Shown here: positions 32,398 to 43,359 of the stretch, in pieces
Layout: each line of letters opens with the position of its first letter
Numbering within the stretch: the stretch's first letter is position 1
From: an uncultured Clostridia bacterium
GTDB taxonomy: Bacteria > Bacillota > Clostridia > TANB77 > CAG-508
Assembly (NCBI GenBank): GCA_963931085.1
Contig: OZ006973.1
Location: forward strand, 670,812-734,811
Direction: 5' to 3'
DNA length: 64,000 bases
Translations under genes and position numbers: made by a program
Notes under the pieces: model-generated
Told to the model about the DNA's origin: nothing
Databases searched by the model: none
Seen by the model: the letters and a program-made list of their open reading frames with translations, nothing else

Positions 32398-33573
32398 ATG
32401 TCAGAGAAAAAATTAAATGGAACAGTAATTGTAACTTATAGATGTAATGCTAGATGTACTATGTGTAATAGATATAAAGCACCATCTAAACCAGATGAAG
32501 AAATATCAATTGAGACAGTTAAGAAATTACCAAAAATGTATTTTACTAATATTACAGGAGGAGAGCCTTTTATAAGAGAAGATTTACCAGATATAGTTAG
32601 AGAACTATATAAAAAATCTGATAGAATAGTAATTTCAACAAACGGATTCTTTACAGATAGAATAATTAAACTTTGTGAAGAGTTTCCTAATGTAGGAATA
32701 AGAATTTCAATTGAAGGATTAGAAGAAACAAATAACAAAATAAGAGGCTTAGAAGATGGATTCAATAAAGGATATTCAACTTTAAAGAAATTAGTTGAAA
32801 TGAAACATCCTGATGTTGGATTTGGTATGACAGTACAAGATGCTAATGCAAAAGATTTAGTTGCTTTATATGAAAAAGCAAATGAACTAGGAATGGAATT
32901 TGCAACAGCATCATTACATAATAGTTTTTATTTTGTTGAAGCTAAAAATATAATAAAAGATAGAATGATGGTAGCAAAAGAGTTTGAAAAATTAATAAAT
33001 AGATTATTAGAATCAAATTCTCCAAAGAAATGGTTTAGAGCTTACTTTAATCATGGATTAATTAATTACATATTTGGACAAAAAAGATTACTTCCATGTG
33101 ATATGAGTTTTGATACTTTCTTTATTGATCCATATGGAGATGTAATGCCATGTAACGGAACAAAAGATAAAGAAGTAATGGGTAATTTAAATGAACAAAC
33201 TTGGGATGAATTATGGAATTCAGAACAAGCGGAAAAAGTAAGAAAGAAAGTAAGACATTGTGATAGACAATGCTGGATGATAGGATCAGTAAGTCCTGCA
33301 ATGCACAAATACATTTGGGTTCCAGCTTGGTGGGTAATTAGACATAAATTCTTTAGATTCTTTAAGAAACAAAAATATTCAATGTTTGAAAACAAAATTG
33401 TAAGAGACTATAGAGATGGAAAAGTAACTAAAGAAGAACTTGATAGATGTTCTACTTGTGATATGCATGCAAAGATTAATAATGGTTTATCTGAAGCTTC
33501 TATGGAACAATTAAAAGATAAAACAGGTGAAGAAATAGTAGATGCTGATATAGCAAACCAAATGAAGAAATAA
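32398..33573 (+). CDS. radical SAM enzyme with a C-terminal SPASM-type auxiliary Cys clusters
   Basis: CNARCTMC (CxxxCxxC), plus LPCDMSF...DVMPCNG and HCDRQC downstream. Confidence 0.8.
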   Translation: MSEKKLNGTVIVTYRCNARCTMCNRYKAPSKPDEEISIETVKKLPKMYFTNITGGEPFIREDLPDIVRELYKKSDRIVISTNGFFTDRIIKLCEEFPNVGIRISIEGLEETNNKIRGLEDGFNKGYSTLKKLVEMKHPDVGFGMTVQDANAKDLVALYEKANELGMEFATASLHNSFYFVEAKNIIKDRMMVAKEFEKLINRLLESNSPKKWFRAYFNHGLINYIFGQKRLLPCDMSFDTFFIDPYGDVMPCNGTKDKEVMGNLNEQTWDELWNSEQAEKVRKKVRHCDRQCWMIGSVSPAMHKYIWVPAWWVIRHKFFRFFKKQKYSMFENKIVRDYRDGKVTKEELDRCSTCDMHAKINNGLSEASMEQLKDKTGEEIVDADIANQMKK

Positions 33574-33587
33574 ATGAGGTAGGTTAA

Positions 33588-34682
33588 ATGAAAATATTAT
33601 TATTGAATCCAATAATATATACATCAGAAACAAGTCCTGTAATGAAAAAAGAAACCATAAAAGATACGATGGGATACAATTTGTGTGTTGAAATGAAAAA
33701 ACAAGGAATTGAACCAGTTTTGATTGTTGCAGAAGATTATAAGCCTCAAAAAGATGAATCATATGATTTTGAAGTAATCTACTTAAAAACTTGTTGTAAA
33801 AAAATTTTCAAACCTAATTGTTTTCCCTGGCTTAAAAATTTAAACAAAACAATTAAAGATGTTAATCCAGACTTGATTATTTCTAGTGAAGTTTTTTCAT
33901 TATGGTCATTACTTGTTGCAAGAAAATATAATAAAAAAACCATTATTTGGCATGAGTTAGCCAAACACAATAATATGATGAAAAAAATTCCTTCACGCAT
34001 TTGGTATAATATTATTGCAAGATTTTTTATGAAAAATGTTAGAGTAGTTGCTAGAAGTAATAATGCTAAAGATTTTATTAAGAGATATTGTAATAATGTT
34101 AGCGAAGAATTTATAGATCATGGCGTTGAATTAGATAAATTTAATTATTTAAAAGAAAAAGAAAATGTATTTGTTGTTGTTTCTCAGTTAATTGATAGAA
34201 AAAGAATAGATGGAATTATTATTGAATTTAATAAGTTTTTAAAAAAACACAAAGAGTATAAATTAATTATAATTGGTGATGGTGATAAAAGACAGAATCT
34301 AGAGAGCTTAACTAAGAACTTAAATATTTCTTCAAATGTAGATTTTAAAGGAAATAAAAGTCATAATGAAATCATCCCAATACTAGCTAAATCAAAAGCA
34401 ATGATTATAAATACGATAAAAGATAATAGTATGTTAACAATTGTTGAATCAATTGCTTGTGGGACGCCTATAGTAACAACTGATGTGCCATACAATTGTT
34501 ATTATATTGAAAAAGATAATTTAGGTATAGTTTGCAAAGATAATATTAAAAGTAATGATTTAGAAAAAATAACTAAGGAAAATGATAAATATGTTAAGAA
34601 TTGTATAGATTATAGATATTTTGTTTCAAACGAATATCATATAAGACAATTTATAAGTGAAAGTAAATTTTTAAATAATTAG
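33588..34682 (+). CDS. glycosyltransferase (GT4-like)
   Basis: C-terminal ESIACGTPIVTTDVP GT-B motif. Confidence 0.7.
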   Translation: MKILLLNPIIYTSETSPVMKKETIKDTMGYNLCVEMKKQGIEPVLIVAEDYKPQKDESYDFEVIYLKTCCKKIFKPNCFPWLKNLNKTIKDVNPDLIISSEVFSLWSLLVARKYNKKTIIWHELAKHNNMMKKIPSRIWYNIIARFFMKNVRVVARSNNAKDFIKRYCNNVSEEFIDHGVELDKFNYLKEKENVFVVVSQLIDRKRIDGIIIEFNKFLKKHKEYKLIIIGDGDKRQNLESLTKNLNISSNVDFKGNKSHNEIIPILAKSKAMIINTIKDNSMLTIVESIACGTPIVTTDVPYNCYYIEKDNLGIVCKDNIKSNDLEKITKENDKYVKNCIDYRYFVSNEYHIRQFISESKFLNN

Positions 34683-34694
34683 GAGTATATAGAT

Positions 34695-35669
34695 ATGAAA
34701 AGTATAGCATATGTGCTACCATACTTTGGAAAGTTTCCAAAAGGTTTTGAGTTATTTTTGCTTAGTTGTAAAAATAACTCTACAATAGATTGGCTAATTT
34801 TTACAGATGATAGGACAGAATATGATTATCCGTCAAATGTAAAAGTTACATATTATACATTTGAAGAAATAAAAGATAAAGTACAAAAGAACTTTAATTT
34901 TAAAATAGTTTTAGATAAACCATATAAATTTTGTGATTATAAACCAGCATATGGAGAGATTTTTTCAGAAGAGTTAAAAGGCTATGATTTTTGGGGAATG
35001 TGTGATCTCGATTTAGCATGGGGAGATATAAGAAAATTCATTACAGATGATCTTTTAAACAAATATGAAAGAATTGGTTTTTTAGGACATTCTACAATTT
35101 ATAAAAATACGACTGAAGTGAATTCGAGATATAGAACAATATTTGATGGAAACAATTATAAAGTTGTTTATACTAATCAAGGGGCATATGCTTTTGATGA
35201 AGTAGGAATGGATAATATTTATAAAATATTAAATATACCATATTACAAAGAAATAATATTTGCAAATTTAGAAAAGTATAGTTACGGTTTTTCATTAGAT
35301 TTAATGCCGAAAGAAGAAGATTTTAAAAATAAGTATCAAATATTTACTTTAGAAGATGGAAAATTATACAGATATTACTTAAATAATGGAATGATAGAAA
35401 AAGAAGAATATTTTTATATACATTTTTGGTGTAGACCAATGACATATAGACCTAAAGTTTATGATATAAATAAAAAGTATATAATTTATCCTGATGTTGT
35501 GGATTATTTAAAAAAAGATATTACACCTAAATTAATTTACAAAAAAGGAAAAGGAAATATGATTATATATTATATTAAGAGTATATGGAAAAATAGAAGA
35601 AAAATTACAATAGAAAAGATTATTTTTAATATAAAAGGAATGATTAATTATAGAAAAACAAACAATTAA
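34695..35669 (+). CDS. putative nucleotide-sugar-dependent glycosyltransferase of an uncharacterised family (DxD-like CDLDLAWGD)
   Basis: Position inside the cps operon and a DxD-like motif. No well-known family recognised. Confidence 0.4.
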   Translation: MKSIAYVLPYFGKFPKGFELFLLSCKNNSTIDWLIFTDDRTEYDYPSNVKVTYYTFEEIKDKVQKNFNFKIVLDKPYKFCDYKPAYGEIFSEELKGYDFWGMCDLDLAWGDIRKFITDDLLNKYERIGFLGHSTIYKNTTEVNSRYRTIFDGNNYKVVYTNQGAYAFDEVGMDNIYKILNIPYYKEIIFANLEKYSYGFSLDLMPKEEDFKNKYQIFTLEDGKLYRYYLNNGMIEKEEYFYIHFWCRPMTYRPKVYDINKKYIIYPDVVDYLKKDITPKLIYKKGKGNMIIYYIKSIWKNRRKITIEKIIFNIKGMINYRKTNN

Positions 35670-35688
35670 TTATAAAGGAAAGTTTAAT

Positions 35689-36909
35689 ATGTTATTTGAA
35701 AAGAATAAAACAATTAATATTTATAATGCTATATTTGGATTTACTATAATTGTATATTTATTAAGCGAAGGATGTCCATACGTATTTGACTGGTTAGATA
35801 AATTACATATAAAACACTTTCTTCTTATGTTTTCAATTTTTTTAGGTATTACTAATTTTAAAAGAAATAAGGCTGAAAAATGGAGTGATAATATATTAAA
35901 AATAATATTAGTTAATACGTTAATATTATATGTAATTTCACTTTTATACCAAATATGGAATGGAGCATTTAAATTTTATGCAATAGAAGAAGTTTATTAT
36001 TTTTTAGCTCCTTTAGTATTCGTTTTTTTATTATTTAATAGATGTAAAAACGATAGTATAGATATATATATTAATATATTTTTATATGTTGGTTTATTTT
36101 CTTTTGTTGTCACAAGAATTCAAGAAGGAGTATTTAATTTAGAAAATTTAAAAAGCATGTTTAGTTTAAAATCATTATTTATTGATTCCGTTTCGGCAAT
36201 GAATGAAAGTGATTTGTCCGTTTTTTTTATGATTTTAACAATATATTATGCATATAAAGGTAAAAAAGGGAATATGATTTTATCTGCTATTGGTACTTTT
36301 TTGGGTTATAAAAGGATAGCTATACTGTTTTTGATTGCTTTTTTAATAATTTACAGAATTATAAAAAATAAACACAAAAAAGTAAATACTTGTATATTTA
36401 TATTAACAATATTGGTATTTATTAGTGCACCCTTTATTGTTTATTATATGTGTAATGATAGCTTTGCCATGTGGTTTTACAATAGGTTTGGTATAGATTT
36501 TAATGAGTTTACAATGACTAGATTTGAAATTATTAATACAGTTATAGATGCTGATTTAAATAATTATGGTTTGGGTACTGTTACTAACTTTTTAGAAATA
36601 AGAAATCATGCAGGGCAGACTAATATGCATAATGATATTTTAAAAATTTATATGGAGACAGGAATAATAGGAACTATTTCGTTTACTTTATCTTATTTTA
36701 TTATATGTAGAAAAAGTTATTTTTCATACTTGATTATGTTATTTATTTTTATCGAATTATTTGTAGCTCATTTTATAGGTGTTGGAACAGTGAGTTTCTG
36801 GATACTAGCTTATTTAACAATATTCGAAATAAATAAAGATGTTTATAGAAAAAATGAAATGAATTTAATTAATAAAAAACAGGAGGGTAATTATGAAGAA
36901 ACTATATGA
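35689..36909 (+). CDS. Wzy-type oligosaccharide repeat-unit polymerase (O-antigen ligase-like, about 10 TM)
   Basis: Polytopic membrane protein in a cps operon. Confidence 0.65.
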   Translation: MLFEKNKTINIYNAIFGFTIIVYLLSEGCPYVFDWLDKLHIKHFLLMFSIFLGITNFKRNKAEKWSDNILKIILVNTLILYVISLLYQIWNGAFKFYAIEEVYYFLAPLVFVFLLFNRCKNDSIDIYINIFLYVGLFSFVVTRIQEGVFNLENLKSMFSLKSLFIDSVSAMNESDLSVFFMILTIYYAYKGKKGNMILSAIGTFLGYKRIAILFLIAFLIIYRIIKNKHKKVNTCIFILTILVFISAPFIVYYMCNDSFAMWFYNRFGIDFNEFTMTRFEIINTVIDADLNNYGLGTVTNFLEIRNHAGQTNMHNDILKIYMETGIIGTISFTLSYFIICRKSYFSYLIMLFIFIELFVAHFIGVGTVSFWILAYLTIFEINKDVYRKNEMNLINKKQEGNYEETI

Positions 36910-37480
36910 TATTTGGGATAAAATAAAGAGGAATTATATAAATTTGAAGTTAATAATTATAAGGAATGGCTGGAAAAAAGCAGAATACTTAAAAAATAAA
37001 AAAATATTCTATCATATAGGAAGTAATTGCTATTATCATCCTAATATTTTACCTGCTGAACCATTTTTAGTGTGCTTGCATGACAATGTAGTTATTTCAG
37101 CTGGTGTTAGATTAATTACTCATTCAGCTTTGAATTGCGTTTTTAATAACGAAGACGATAACAGATTTAGCTTTAAATGTAAGTACGGTAAAATAGAAAT
37201 TCATAATAATGTTTATATTGGAGCAGATGCTATTATTAATTATGGAGTAACTATTGGTGAGAATTGCATTGTCGCAGCTGGTGCAGTTGTTACAAAGGAT
37301 GTACCAAGTGGAGTAGTTGTAGGCGGTGTGCCGGCAAGAATAATAGGAAATTATGAAGAAATAAAAGAAAAAAATAGAAAGTTTTCGAAAAAATTTGAAA
37401 ATTTAAAAGAAGATGTGACTGTTAAAAACATGCTCAATATTCTTCCTGTTGAATTTGATATAGATAGAGAGAGAGAGTAA
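36893..37480 (+). CDS. hexapeptide-repeat O-acetyltransferase (maltose/galactoside acetyltransferase-like)
   Basis: Hexapeptide repeats ([25 protein letters not shown]). Confidence 0.8.
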   Translation: MKKLYDIWDKIKRNYINLKLIIIRNGWKKAEYLKNKKIFYHIGSNCYYHPNILPAEPFLVCLHDNVVISAGVRLITHSALNCVFNNEDDNRFSFKCKYGKIEIHNNVYIGADAIINYGVTIGENCIVAAGAVVTKDVPSGVVVGGVPARIIGNYEEIKEKNRKFSKKFENLKEDVTVKNMLNILPVEFDIDRERE

Positions 37481-38932
37481 ATGGGAAAAAATAAAAAGAA
37501 TTATTTGTATAATATTTCATACCAACTATTTGCATTATTTGTTCCACTAATTACTACACCATATATTTCAAGAACTCTTAGTGTTGAAGGAATAGGAACA
37601 TATAGTTATACATATTCAATGATGAGATATTTTTGGTTGTTAATGGCATTAGGAACTGCAACATATGGTACAAGATTAATTGGAGTTTGTTATAAAAGTA
37701 AGAAAGATAGAAGTGAAAATTTTTGGGGATTATTTATACTAAAATTTATTTTATTTATGATATTTGGTTTTTGCTACATAATTTATAGTTTATGTTTTGC
37801 AAATAGTAAAATTATTGCTTTAATACAGGGAATTTATTTAATAGGAGTATTACTAGATATTACATGGTTCTTTCAAGGAATGGAGGATTTTGGAAAAGTT
37901 GCCTTCAAAAATTTCATTGTAAAAGTTTTGAATGTTATATTTATTTTTATATTTATAAAAAATGAAGACGATTTAATTTTCTATATTTTAGGATTAGCAG
38001 TTTTTCAACTTATTGGAAATGCTTCAATGTGGTTATCGTTGAAGAAGTATTTAATAAAAGTAAATATTAGGGATGTGAAACCATTTAAACATCTGAATGA
38101 ATCAATTCAATTATTTTTACCAAGTATTGCAACACAAATTTTTTCTGTATTAGATAAATCAATGATAGGTTGGATAACAAAAGATAATTTAGAAAACGGA
38201 TATTATGAACAAGCATTAAAGATTGTTGAAATGGCCTTAGTATTAGTTACGACATTAGGAACTGTTATGATTCCAAGCATATCAAGAGCTTTTAGTGAAA
38301 GAGAGAGAAAAAAAGTTAAAACATATATAGACAGATCTGTTAAATTTACATTATTTTTATCATTACCAATGATGTTTGGCTTAGTTGGAATTTCAGATAA
38401 ATTTGTTCCAATATTTTTTGGAGAAGAATACTATCCTAGTGCAATAATACTAAAAATATTAAGTATATTGTTTGTTTTTATGGGTTTAAACTCTGTTTTT
38501 GGAACGCAATACTTAATATCAATAAATAAGCAAAACACTCTAACTAAAATGATGTTAATTGGAGGTTTTATTAATATAATTGGAAATTTTATATTTATAT
38601 ATTTCTTTGGTGCAGCTGGGGCTGCAATAGGAACAGTTTTAGGAGAGTTTGCAACAGTATTAATAGAAATTATATATTTAGAGAAAACAAATCAATATTC
38701 ATTAAAAAATTCAAAAATTAATTTCATTAAGTATTTAATATCATCATTAATTATGTTTATATTTTTAATATTCTTTAGTAAATATATTAAAAATATAATA
38801 GAATTATTGTTATGTATAGGTGTTGCTAGTTTTATCTATTTAATTTTTACAATTTTGTTAAAGGATGAATTTATAATAGATGAATTAAAAAATATTAAGC
38901 AAAAATTAGTTGAAAAATGCTATTTAAAATAA
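37481..38932 (+). CDS. Wzx-type polysaccharide flippase (MOP superfamily)
   Basis: About 12-14 TM segments and a typical Wzx N-terminus (LYNISYQLFALFVPLITTPYISRTL). Confidence 0.8.
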   Translation: MGKNKKNYLYNISYQLFALFVPLITTPYISRTLSVEGIGTYSYTYSMMRYFWLLMALGTATYGTRLIGVCYKSKKDRSENFWGLFILKFILFMIFGFCYIIYSLCFANSKIIALIQGIYLIGVLLDITWFFQGMEDFGKVAFKNFIVKVLNVIFIFIFIKNEDDLIFYILGLAVFQLIGNASMWLSLKKYLIKVNIRDVKPFKHLNESIQLFLPSIATQIFSVLDKSMIGWITKDNLENGYYEQALKIVEMALVLVTTLGTVMIPSISRAFSERERKKVKTYIDRSVKFTLFLSLPMMFGLVGISDKFVPIFFGEEYYPSAIILKILSILFVFMGLNSVFGTQYLISINKQNTLTKMMLIGGFINIIGNFIFIYFFGAAGAAIGTVLGEFATVLIEIIYLEKTNQYSLKNSKINFIKYLISSLIMFIFLIFFSKYIKNIIELLLCIGVASFIYLIFTILLKDEFIIDELKNIKQKLVEKCYLK

Positions 38933-38979
38933 ATTTATTATTCTAGAAGTTACTAATAATGTTTTTAGTAACTTCTTTT

Positions 38980-40107
38980 CTATTTTACTTTCTTATCTAT
39001 CTTTTTATCAATTGATTGAACTGTATCAGAAGGAGTGTAATCATCTTCACTGAATAGCTGCTTATGAAGTTTTTTTACATCATCTTCTAAACTAGTTGGA
39101 ACACTATAATAAACTTTATTTATCATTTGTCCTTTTTTATGATAAGGAAAGCCAAAGTTATCTGTAATATTTATAGATGCAACTTGTGGTATCATGGCCA
39201 TAATTTCATTTTCTGTAATATTTGTTGAAACATGAGGAAGTATTTCATCTGCTAAATCATTTAATTCAGGAATGCTTAAATGTTTTACTTTTTCAAATAC
39301 TAGATTTAATACATCTCTCATACGTTCTGTTCTTTTATAATCTCCACCTTCTGTATAACGAATCCTTGCATAAGATAGAGCTTGAATTCCATTTAATTTA
39401 TAATCTCCTTCTTTAGTAATGTGTTTTGTATTAGTCTTATATATTCTATTTAATTCATCTATATATCCATTTATGTATTTAGTTTCTTCTTTAGTAATAT
39501 GCATATTTATTCCACCAACTTTATCTACTACTGTACGTACTGTATCAAAGTTTATCGCAACAAATTCAGTAATATTTAAGTCTAAGTTTTTATTTAAAGT
39601 GCTTAGTGCAAGTTTTGGACCACCATAAGAATATGCATGAGTTACTTTGTCTAAACCATATTCATCTATATCTAAATAAGAGTCTCTATATACTGACATT
39701 ATTTTAGCTTCTTTAGTTTGTTCATTTAAACTTAATATCATTATACAATCGCTTCTATATCCTTTACTGAAAGTATCTTTTCTAGCATCAATACCAAATA
39801 GAGCGATGTTTCTATAAGTAGATAAGTTTGATTTAACAGCTTCATCAATATATATTTGTGATTTATCTATTGGGACATATTGTATTTTACTTAATTTGCT
39901 TTTTAAGTAAAAATATCCACTTGCTGCTAATATAAGATCTATTATTATGAATACAACAAATATTATAAGAAGTATTTTTAAGATTGATTTTCTTCTTTTT
40001 TTCTTTTTTTCGATTGCTATTAAGTCTTTTACTTCATTATTTGGTTTAATTGTTGTATTTTTTATTTCTTCATTTTTATTATTTTTATTTGCTATATTCT
40101 TTTTCAA
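38980..40107 (-). CDS. LytR-CpsA-Psr (LCP) family protein
   Basis: N-terminal TM plus an LCP domain (RSDCIMILSLNEQT...). Convergent with the cps operon. Confidence 0.85.
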   Translation of the reverse strand: MKKNIANKNNKNEEIKNTTIKPNNEVKDLIAIEKKKKRRKSILKILLIIFVVFIIIDLILAASGYFYLKSKLSKIQYVPIDKSQIYIDEAVKSNLSTYRNIALFGIDARKDTFSKGYRSDCIMILSLNEQTKEAKIMSVYRDSYLDIDEYGLDKVTHAYSYGGPKLALSTLNKNLDLNITEFVAINFDTVRTVVDKVGGINMHITKEETKYINGYIDELNRIYKTNTKHITKEGDYKLNGIQALSYARIRYTEGGDYKRTERMRDVLNLVFEKVKHLSIPELNDLADEILPHVSTNITENEIMAMIPQVASINITDNFGFPYHKKGQMINKVYYSVPTSLEDDVKKLHKQLFSEDDYTPSDTVQSIDKKIDKKVK

Positions 40108-40274
40108 GTATTTTCCCTCTTTCTAAAAAATATACTAATATATTATAACCCATTTTTAGGAAAAAGTAAAGGAAAAGAGTGCTTTGCGCTAAGGTTTGAT
40201 CAGTGTTTAAAGCAAAAAAATAAAACCATGGTAGTGTTCCATGGTTTTGAATGTGAGGGGGAATTTTTAATTAG

Positions 40275-40775
40275 TTACTTTGTCTGAGGAACGTCCCAGA
40301 CATTTAGTTTTTTATCGATGATATAGTTTTTCCCTTCAACCGTAAACTGAAGGGATGTTTCTGTTCCGGATGATGATAGATAGACATTTCCGTCTTCATC
40401 ACAGTAGCCCGAACATTTTTCGATTTCTTTGAAATCGGTGACGCCGGGAATTTTAAAAAATATGGTTTCGCTTCCGTCAATATTGCCTATTATGAATTCA
40501 AGGCTAGGATCTTCAGAAACATATCGATATCCGAATACTGGACCATAAGTCCAATTTAAAATCTCGAAATACCGATAGTCTCCGCTATAGTTAAACATAT
40601 AATTCTGGCCTTGCGGAAGATTTTTGAAAAAGCTTCTTGCGTCTTCAAGATCCTCATCAAAGGAATCAGAGACCTGCAAGCTTTTGCTTGTGGGTTTGGA
40701 CTGGAAAGAAATCCAGCACACACCTACCAACAAAATAACAGTTACAATAATAAAAGCAGTCCAAAACTTTTTCAT
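40275..40775 (-). CDS. hypothetical lipoprotein/secreted protein in a GC-enriched islet (about 40% GC against about 27% background)
   Basis: Signal peptide MKKFWTAFIIVTVILLVGVCW. Strongly atypical composition visible directly in the sequence. Confidence 0.55.
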   Translation of the reverse strand: MKKFWTAFIIVTVILLVGVCWISFQSKPTSKSLQVSDSFDEDLEDARSFFKNLPQGQNYMFNYSGDYRYFEILNWTYGPVFGYRYVSEDPSLEFIIGNIDGSETIFFKIPGVTDFKEIEKCSGYCDEDGNVYLSSSGTETSLQFTVEGKNYIIDKKLNVWDVPQTK

Positions 40776-40914
40776 AATAATACCATACTGCTACACCTCA
40801 CATTCTGCAGCCCCTTATATTATAATTATATTACGTTTGCTATATTATGTCAATTTTGGCACTTTTAGTATAAAAATATCTTTAAAGTTTATAATAAAAT
40901 AAAGGAGTGATTTT

Positions 40915-41850
40915 ATGTATAATTTTAGAACTGATTTAGCTTTAGAAAGAAGAGATATTTATAAAGAGACTAATAATATAAAAGGAGAAATAGATGGTAT
41001 CATATCAGAAGAAGAGGAAGTTTCAAAAACTATAAAAGTTACTAGAGTAAATGTTATAAATGAAAATGGTGCAAAGTCTATTCAAAAACCTATTGGAACA
41101 TATACAACTATTGATGTAGAGAAGATGAGAAATATTACAGAAGAAGAGATTAGTAAGATATCAAATACGATGTCTGAGGAATTAAAAAAATTAATAAATA
41201 AACATGTAGGAAAAACAGATGAAATTTTAATAGTAGGACTTGGAAACGAGTATTCAACTCCGGATTCTTTAGGTCCAAAAGTCGTAAGAGAAGTTGATGT
41301 AACAAGACATATATTTAAATACTTGCCACAATTTGTCGAAGATGGAGATAGAGAAGTATCTGCTATAGCTCCAGGAGTACTTGGCGTAACAGGGATTGAA
41401 ACACAAGAGATATTAAAGGGAATAGTAGATAATGTAAAGCCAAAATTAATAATTGCAATAGATAGTCTAGCATCTAAAAGTATTGACAGGATAAGTAGTT
41501 CTGTTCAATTATCTGATACTGGAATAATACCGGGAGCGGGCGTTGGGAATAAGAGAAGAGAGCTTTCTAGAGATACTCTAGGAGTGCCTGTAATCGGGGT
41601 TGGAATACCGACTGTTGTTGAGCTTGCAACTTTAGTATCAGATGGTATTGATATATTTATAAAAACTCTTCAAGAAAAAGCTGAGTCAAATGATTATTTA
41701 AATAAGCTAAAGGAAAATGACAAATATGAAGAGGTAAAAGAAGCTTTAAATGTAGGTGAATATAATATGATAGTAACTCCAAAAGAAATTGATGATTTGA
41801 TTGAGAATATGAAGAATATAGTAGCTAGAGGAATAAATTATGCAATTTAA
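40915..41850 (+). CDS. gpr: germination protease (spore protease Gpr)
   Basis: MYNFRTDLALE N-terminus and conserved GITGIE / DTGIIPGAGVGNKR / DTLGVPVIGVGIPTVV blocks. Confidence 0.9.
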   Translation: MYNFRTDLALERRDIYKETNNIKGEIDGIISEEEEVSKTIKVTRVNVINENGAKSIQKPIGTYTTIDVEKMRNITEEEISKISNTMSEELKKLINKHVGKTDEILIVGLGNEYSTPDSLGPKVVREVDVTRHIFKYLPQFVEDGDREVSAIAPGVLGVTGIETQEILKGIVDNVKPKLIIAIDSLASKSIDRISSSVQLSDTGIIPGAGVGNKRRELSRDTLGVPVIGVGIPTVVELATLVSDGIDIFIKTLQEKAESNDYLNKLKENDKYEEVKEALNVGEYNMIVTPKEIDDLIENMKNIVARGINYAI

Positions 41851-41854
41851 ATAA

Positions 41855-41912
41855 ACATATTTACAACCGTGCTACAAAATGTTAAAATGTAGGCACAATT
41901 GTAAAACAATTG
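41855..41912. repeat. palindromic repeat element, copy 1 (TTTACAACCGTGCTACA ... TGTAGGCACAATTGTAAA)
   Basis: 17-bp inverted arms with a 12-13 nt spacer. A second copy lies at 43360..43420. Confidence 0.85.
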
Positions 41913-41929
41913 TGAAGAGAGGGATTTAT

Positions 41930-42514
41930 ATGGAAGATAAGATATTAGAAATAATGAAAAATAATAATAATATTATAACACCATCAAAGTTAGAGAAAGC
42001 AGGAATATCAAGAGTTTATTTGTATAATATGGAAAAAGATGGACTTATTGAAAAAATAGATAGGGGAATATATGTAACAAAAGAATTTATATATGATGAA
42101 TATTATTTATTTCAATTTAAATATCCTAAAACTATTTTTTCACACAATACAGCATTATATTTTAATAATATGACTGAAAGAACTCCTATAAATATGGATG
42201 TAACAATATGCAGAGAATATAATCCACATAGATTTAAAGACTTAGTAAATATTTATAAAGTTAGCAAAGAAATATTTGATTTAGGGGTTGTAGAAAGAAA
42301 ATCACCACAAGGGATGGATGTTAAAACATATAATTTAGAAAGAATAATATGTGATATTATAAAAGATAAAAATAGTTTGGATATTGAAACAAGAAATAAA
42401 GTTATTAGAAAATGCATTAAAAGTAAAGAGTTTAATTCAAATCTAATGTTTGAATATGCAAAAAAAATGAAAATATATGACAAAGTTAGAAATCACATGG
42501 AGGCAATTATATGA
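41930..42514 (+). CDS. abiEi: AbiEi-family antitoxin/transcriptional regulator (type IV TA)
   Basis: N-terminal AbiEi_4-like wHTH (ITPSKLEKAGISRVYLYNMEKDGLIEKIDRGIYV). ATGA overlap with the next gene. Confidence 0.75.
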   Translation: MEDKILEIMKNNNNIITPSKLEKAGISRVYLYNMEKDGLIEKIDRGIYVTKEFIYDEYYLFQFKYPKTIFSHNTALYFNNMTERTPINMDVTICREYNPHRFKDLVNIYKVSKEIFDLGVVERKSPQGMDVKTYNLERIICDIIKDKNSLDIETRNKVIRKCIKSKEFNSNLMFEYAKKMKIYDKVRNHMEAII

Positions 42515-43343
42515 TTAAAAATGCAAAGAGCTTAATTGACGAATCAAAAAATAAAGCTGTACAAAATAATATTACAGTAAACGAAGTACTACAGAATTAC
42601 ATGTTTGAGAGAATATTAGAAAGACTATCTATTTCTGAATATAAAAATAATTTTATATTAAAAGGATGAGTATTATTATCTTCTATAATGGGATTGATAC
42701 TAGAACTACAATGGATATGGATACTTGTTTAAAAGGTATAAACTTAACGGAAGAACAATTATATAAAGTTTTAAAAAATATTTTAGATACAGATGTAAAA
42801 GATGGAGTGACTTTTGAGATAAAAAATTCTAAACCTATAAGGGAGGATGATGAATACGGAGGTTTAAAATATAATATATTAGCCAAGTTTGATAATATTA
42901 AAGTTAATTTAAGTATAGATATAGCAACAGGAGATGTGATTACACCAGGTGAAATAGAGTATAATTATAAGATGATGTTTGAAGACAAAGCATTGAAGAT
43001 AATGACATATAATATAGAAAGTATTATTGCAGAAAAATTTCAAACAATAATTTCAAGAAATGTATTAAATAGTAGAATGAAAGATTTTTATGATTTATAC
43101 TATTTAATAAAATATTCGACTTTTTCAAAAGATGATTTAAGACTTGCTATAGAAAAGACTTTTGATAAAAGAAATACAGATATTAAATTAATTAATTCTA
43201 ATATTAGTGTTATTCAAGAAAGTGATCTTTTACAAGATTTATGGAAGACATATTCTCAAAAGCATAAATATACTAAAGATATAAAGTTTGAAGACATAAT
43301 TGAGACAATTAAAAAGATAAGCAAATTAATTACTCAAAAATAG
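42511..43343 (+). pseudogene. abiEii: AbiEii/AbiGii-family nucleotidyltransferase toxin, frameshifted at an A4 run near 42657-42668
   Basis: The N-terminal 52 codons (…NNFILKG) stop at TGA. The rest of the family-typical sequence (FYNGIDTRTTMDMD..., DUF1814-like) continues in the -1 frame. Confidence 0.7.
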
Positions 43344-43359
43344 AATAACTAGGTATTAT

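Noticed and set aside
40611-40902. Two plus-strand ORFs overlapping the GC-rich lipoprotein gene and its leader
   Set aside because: The minus-strand ORF has the signal peptide and a coherent protein. The plus-strand frames are antisense or overlap products.
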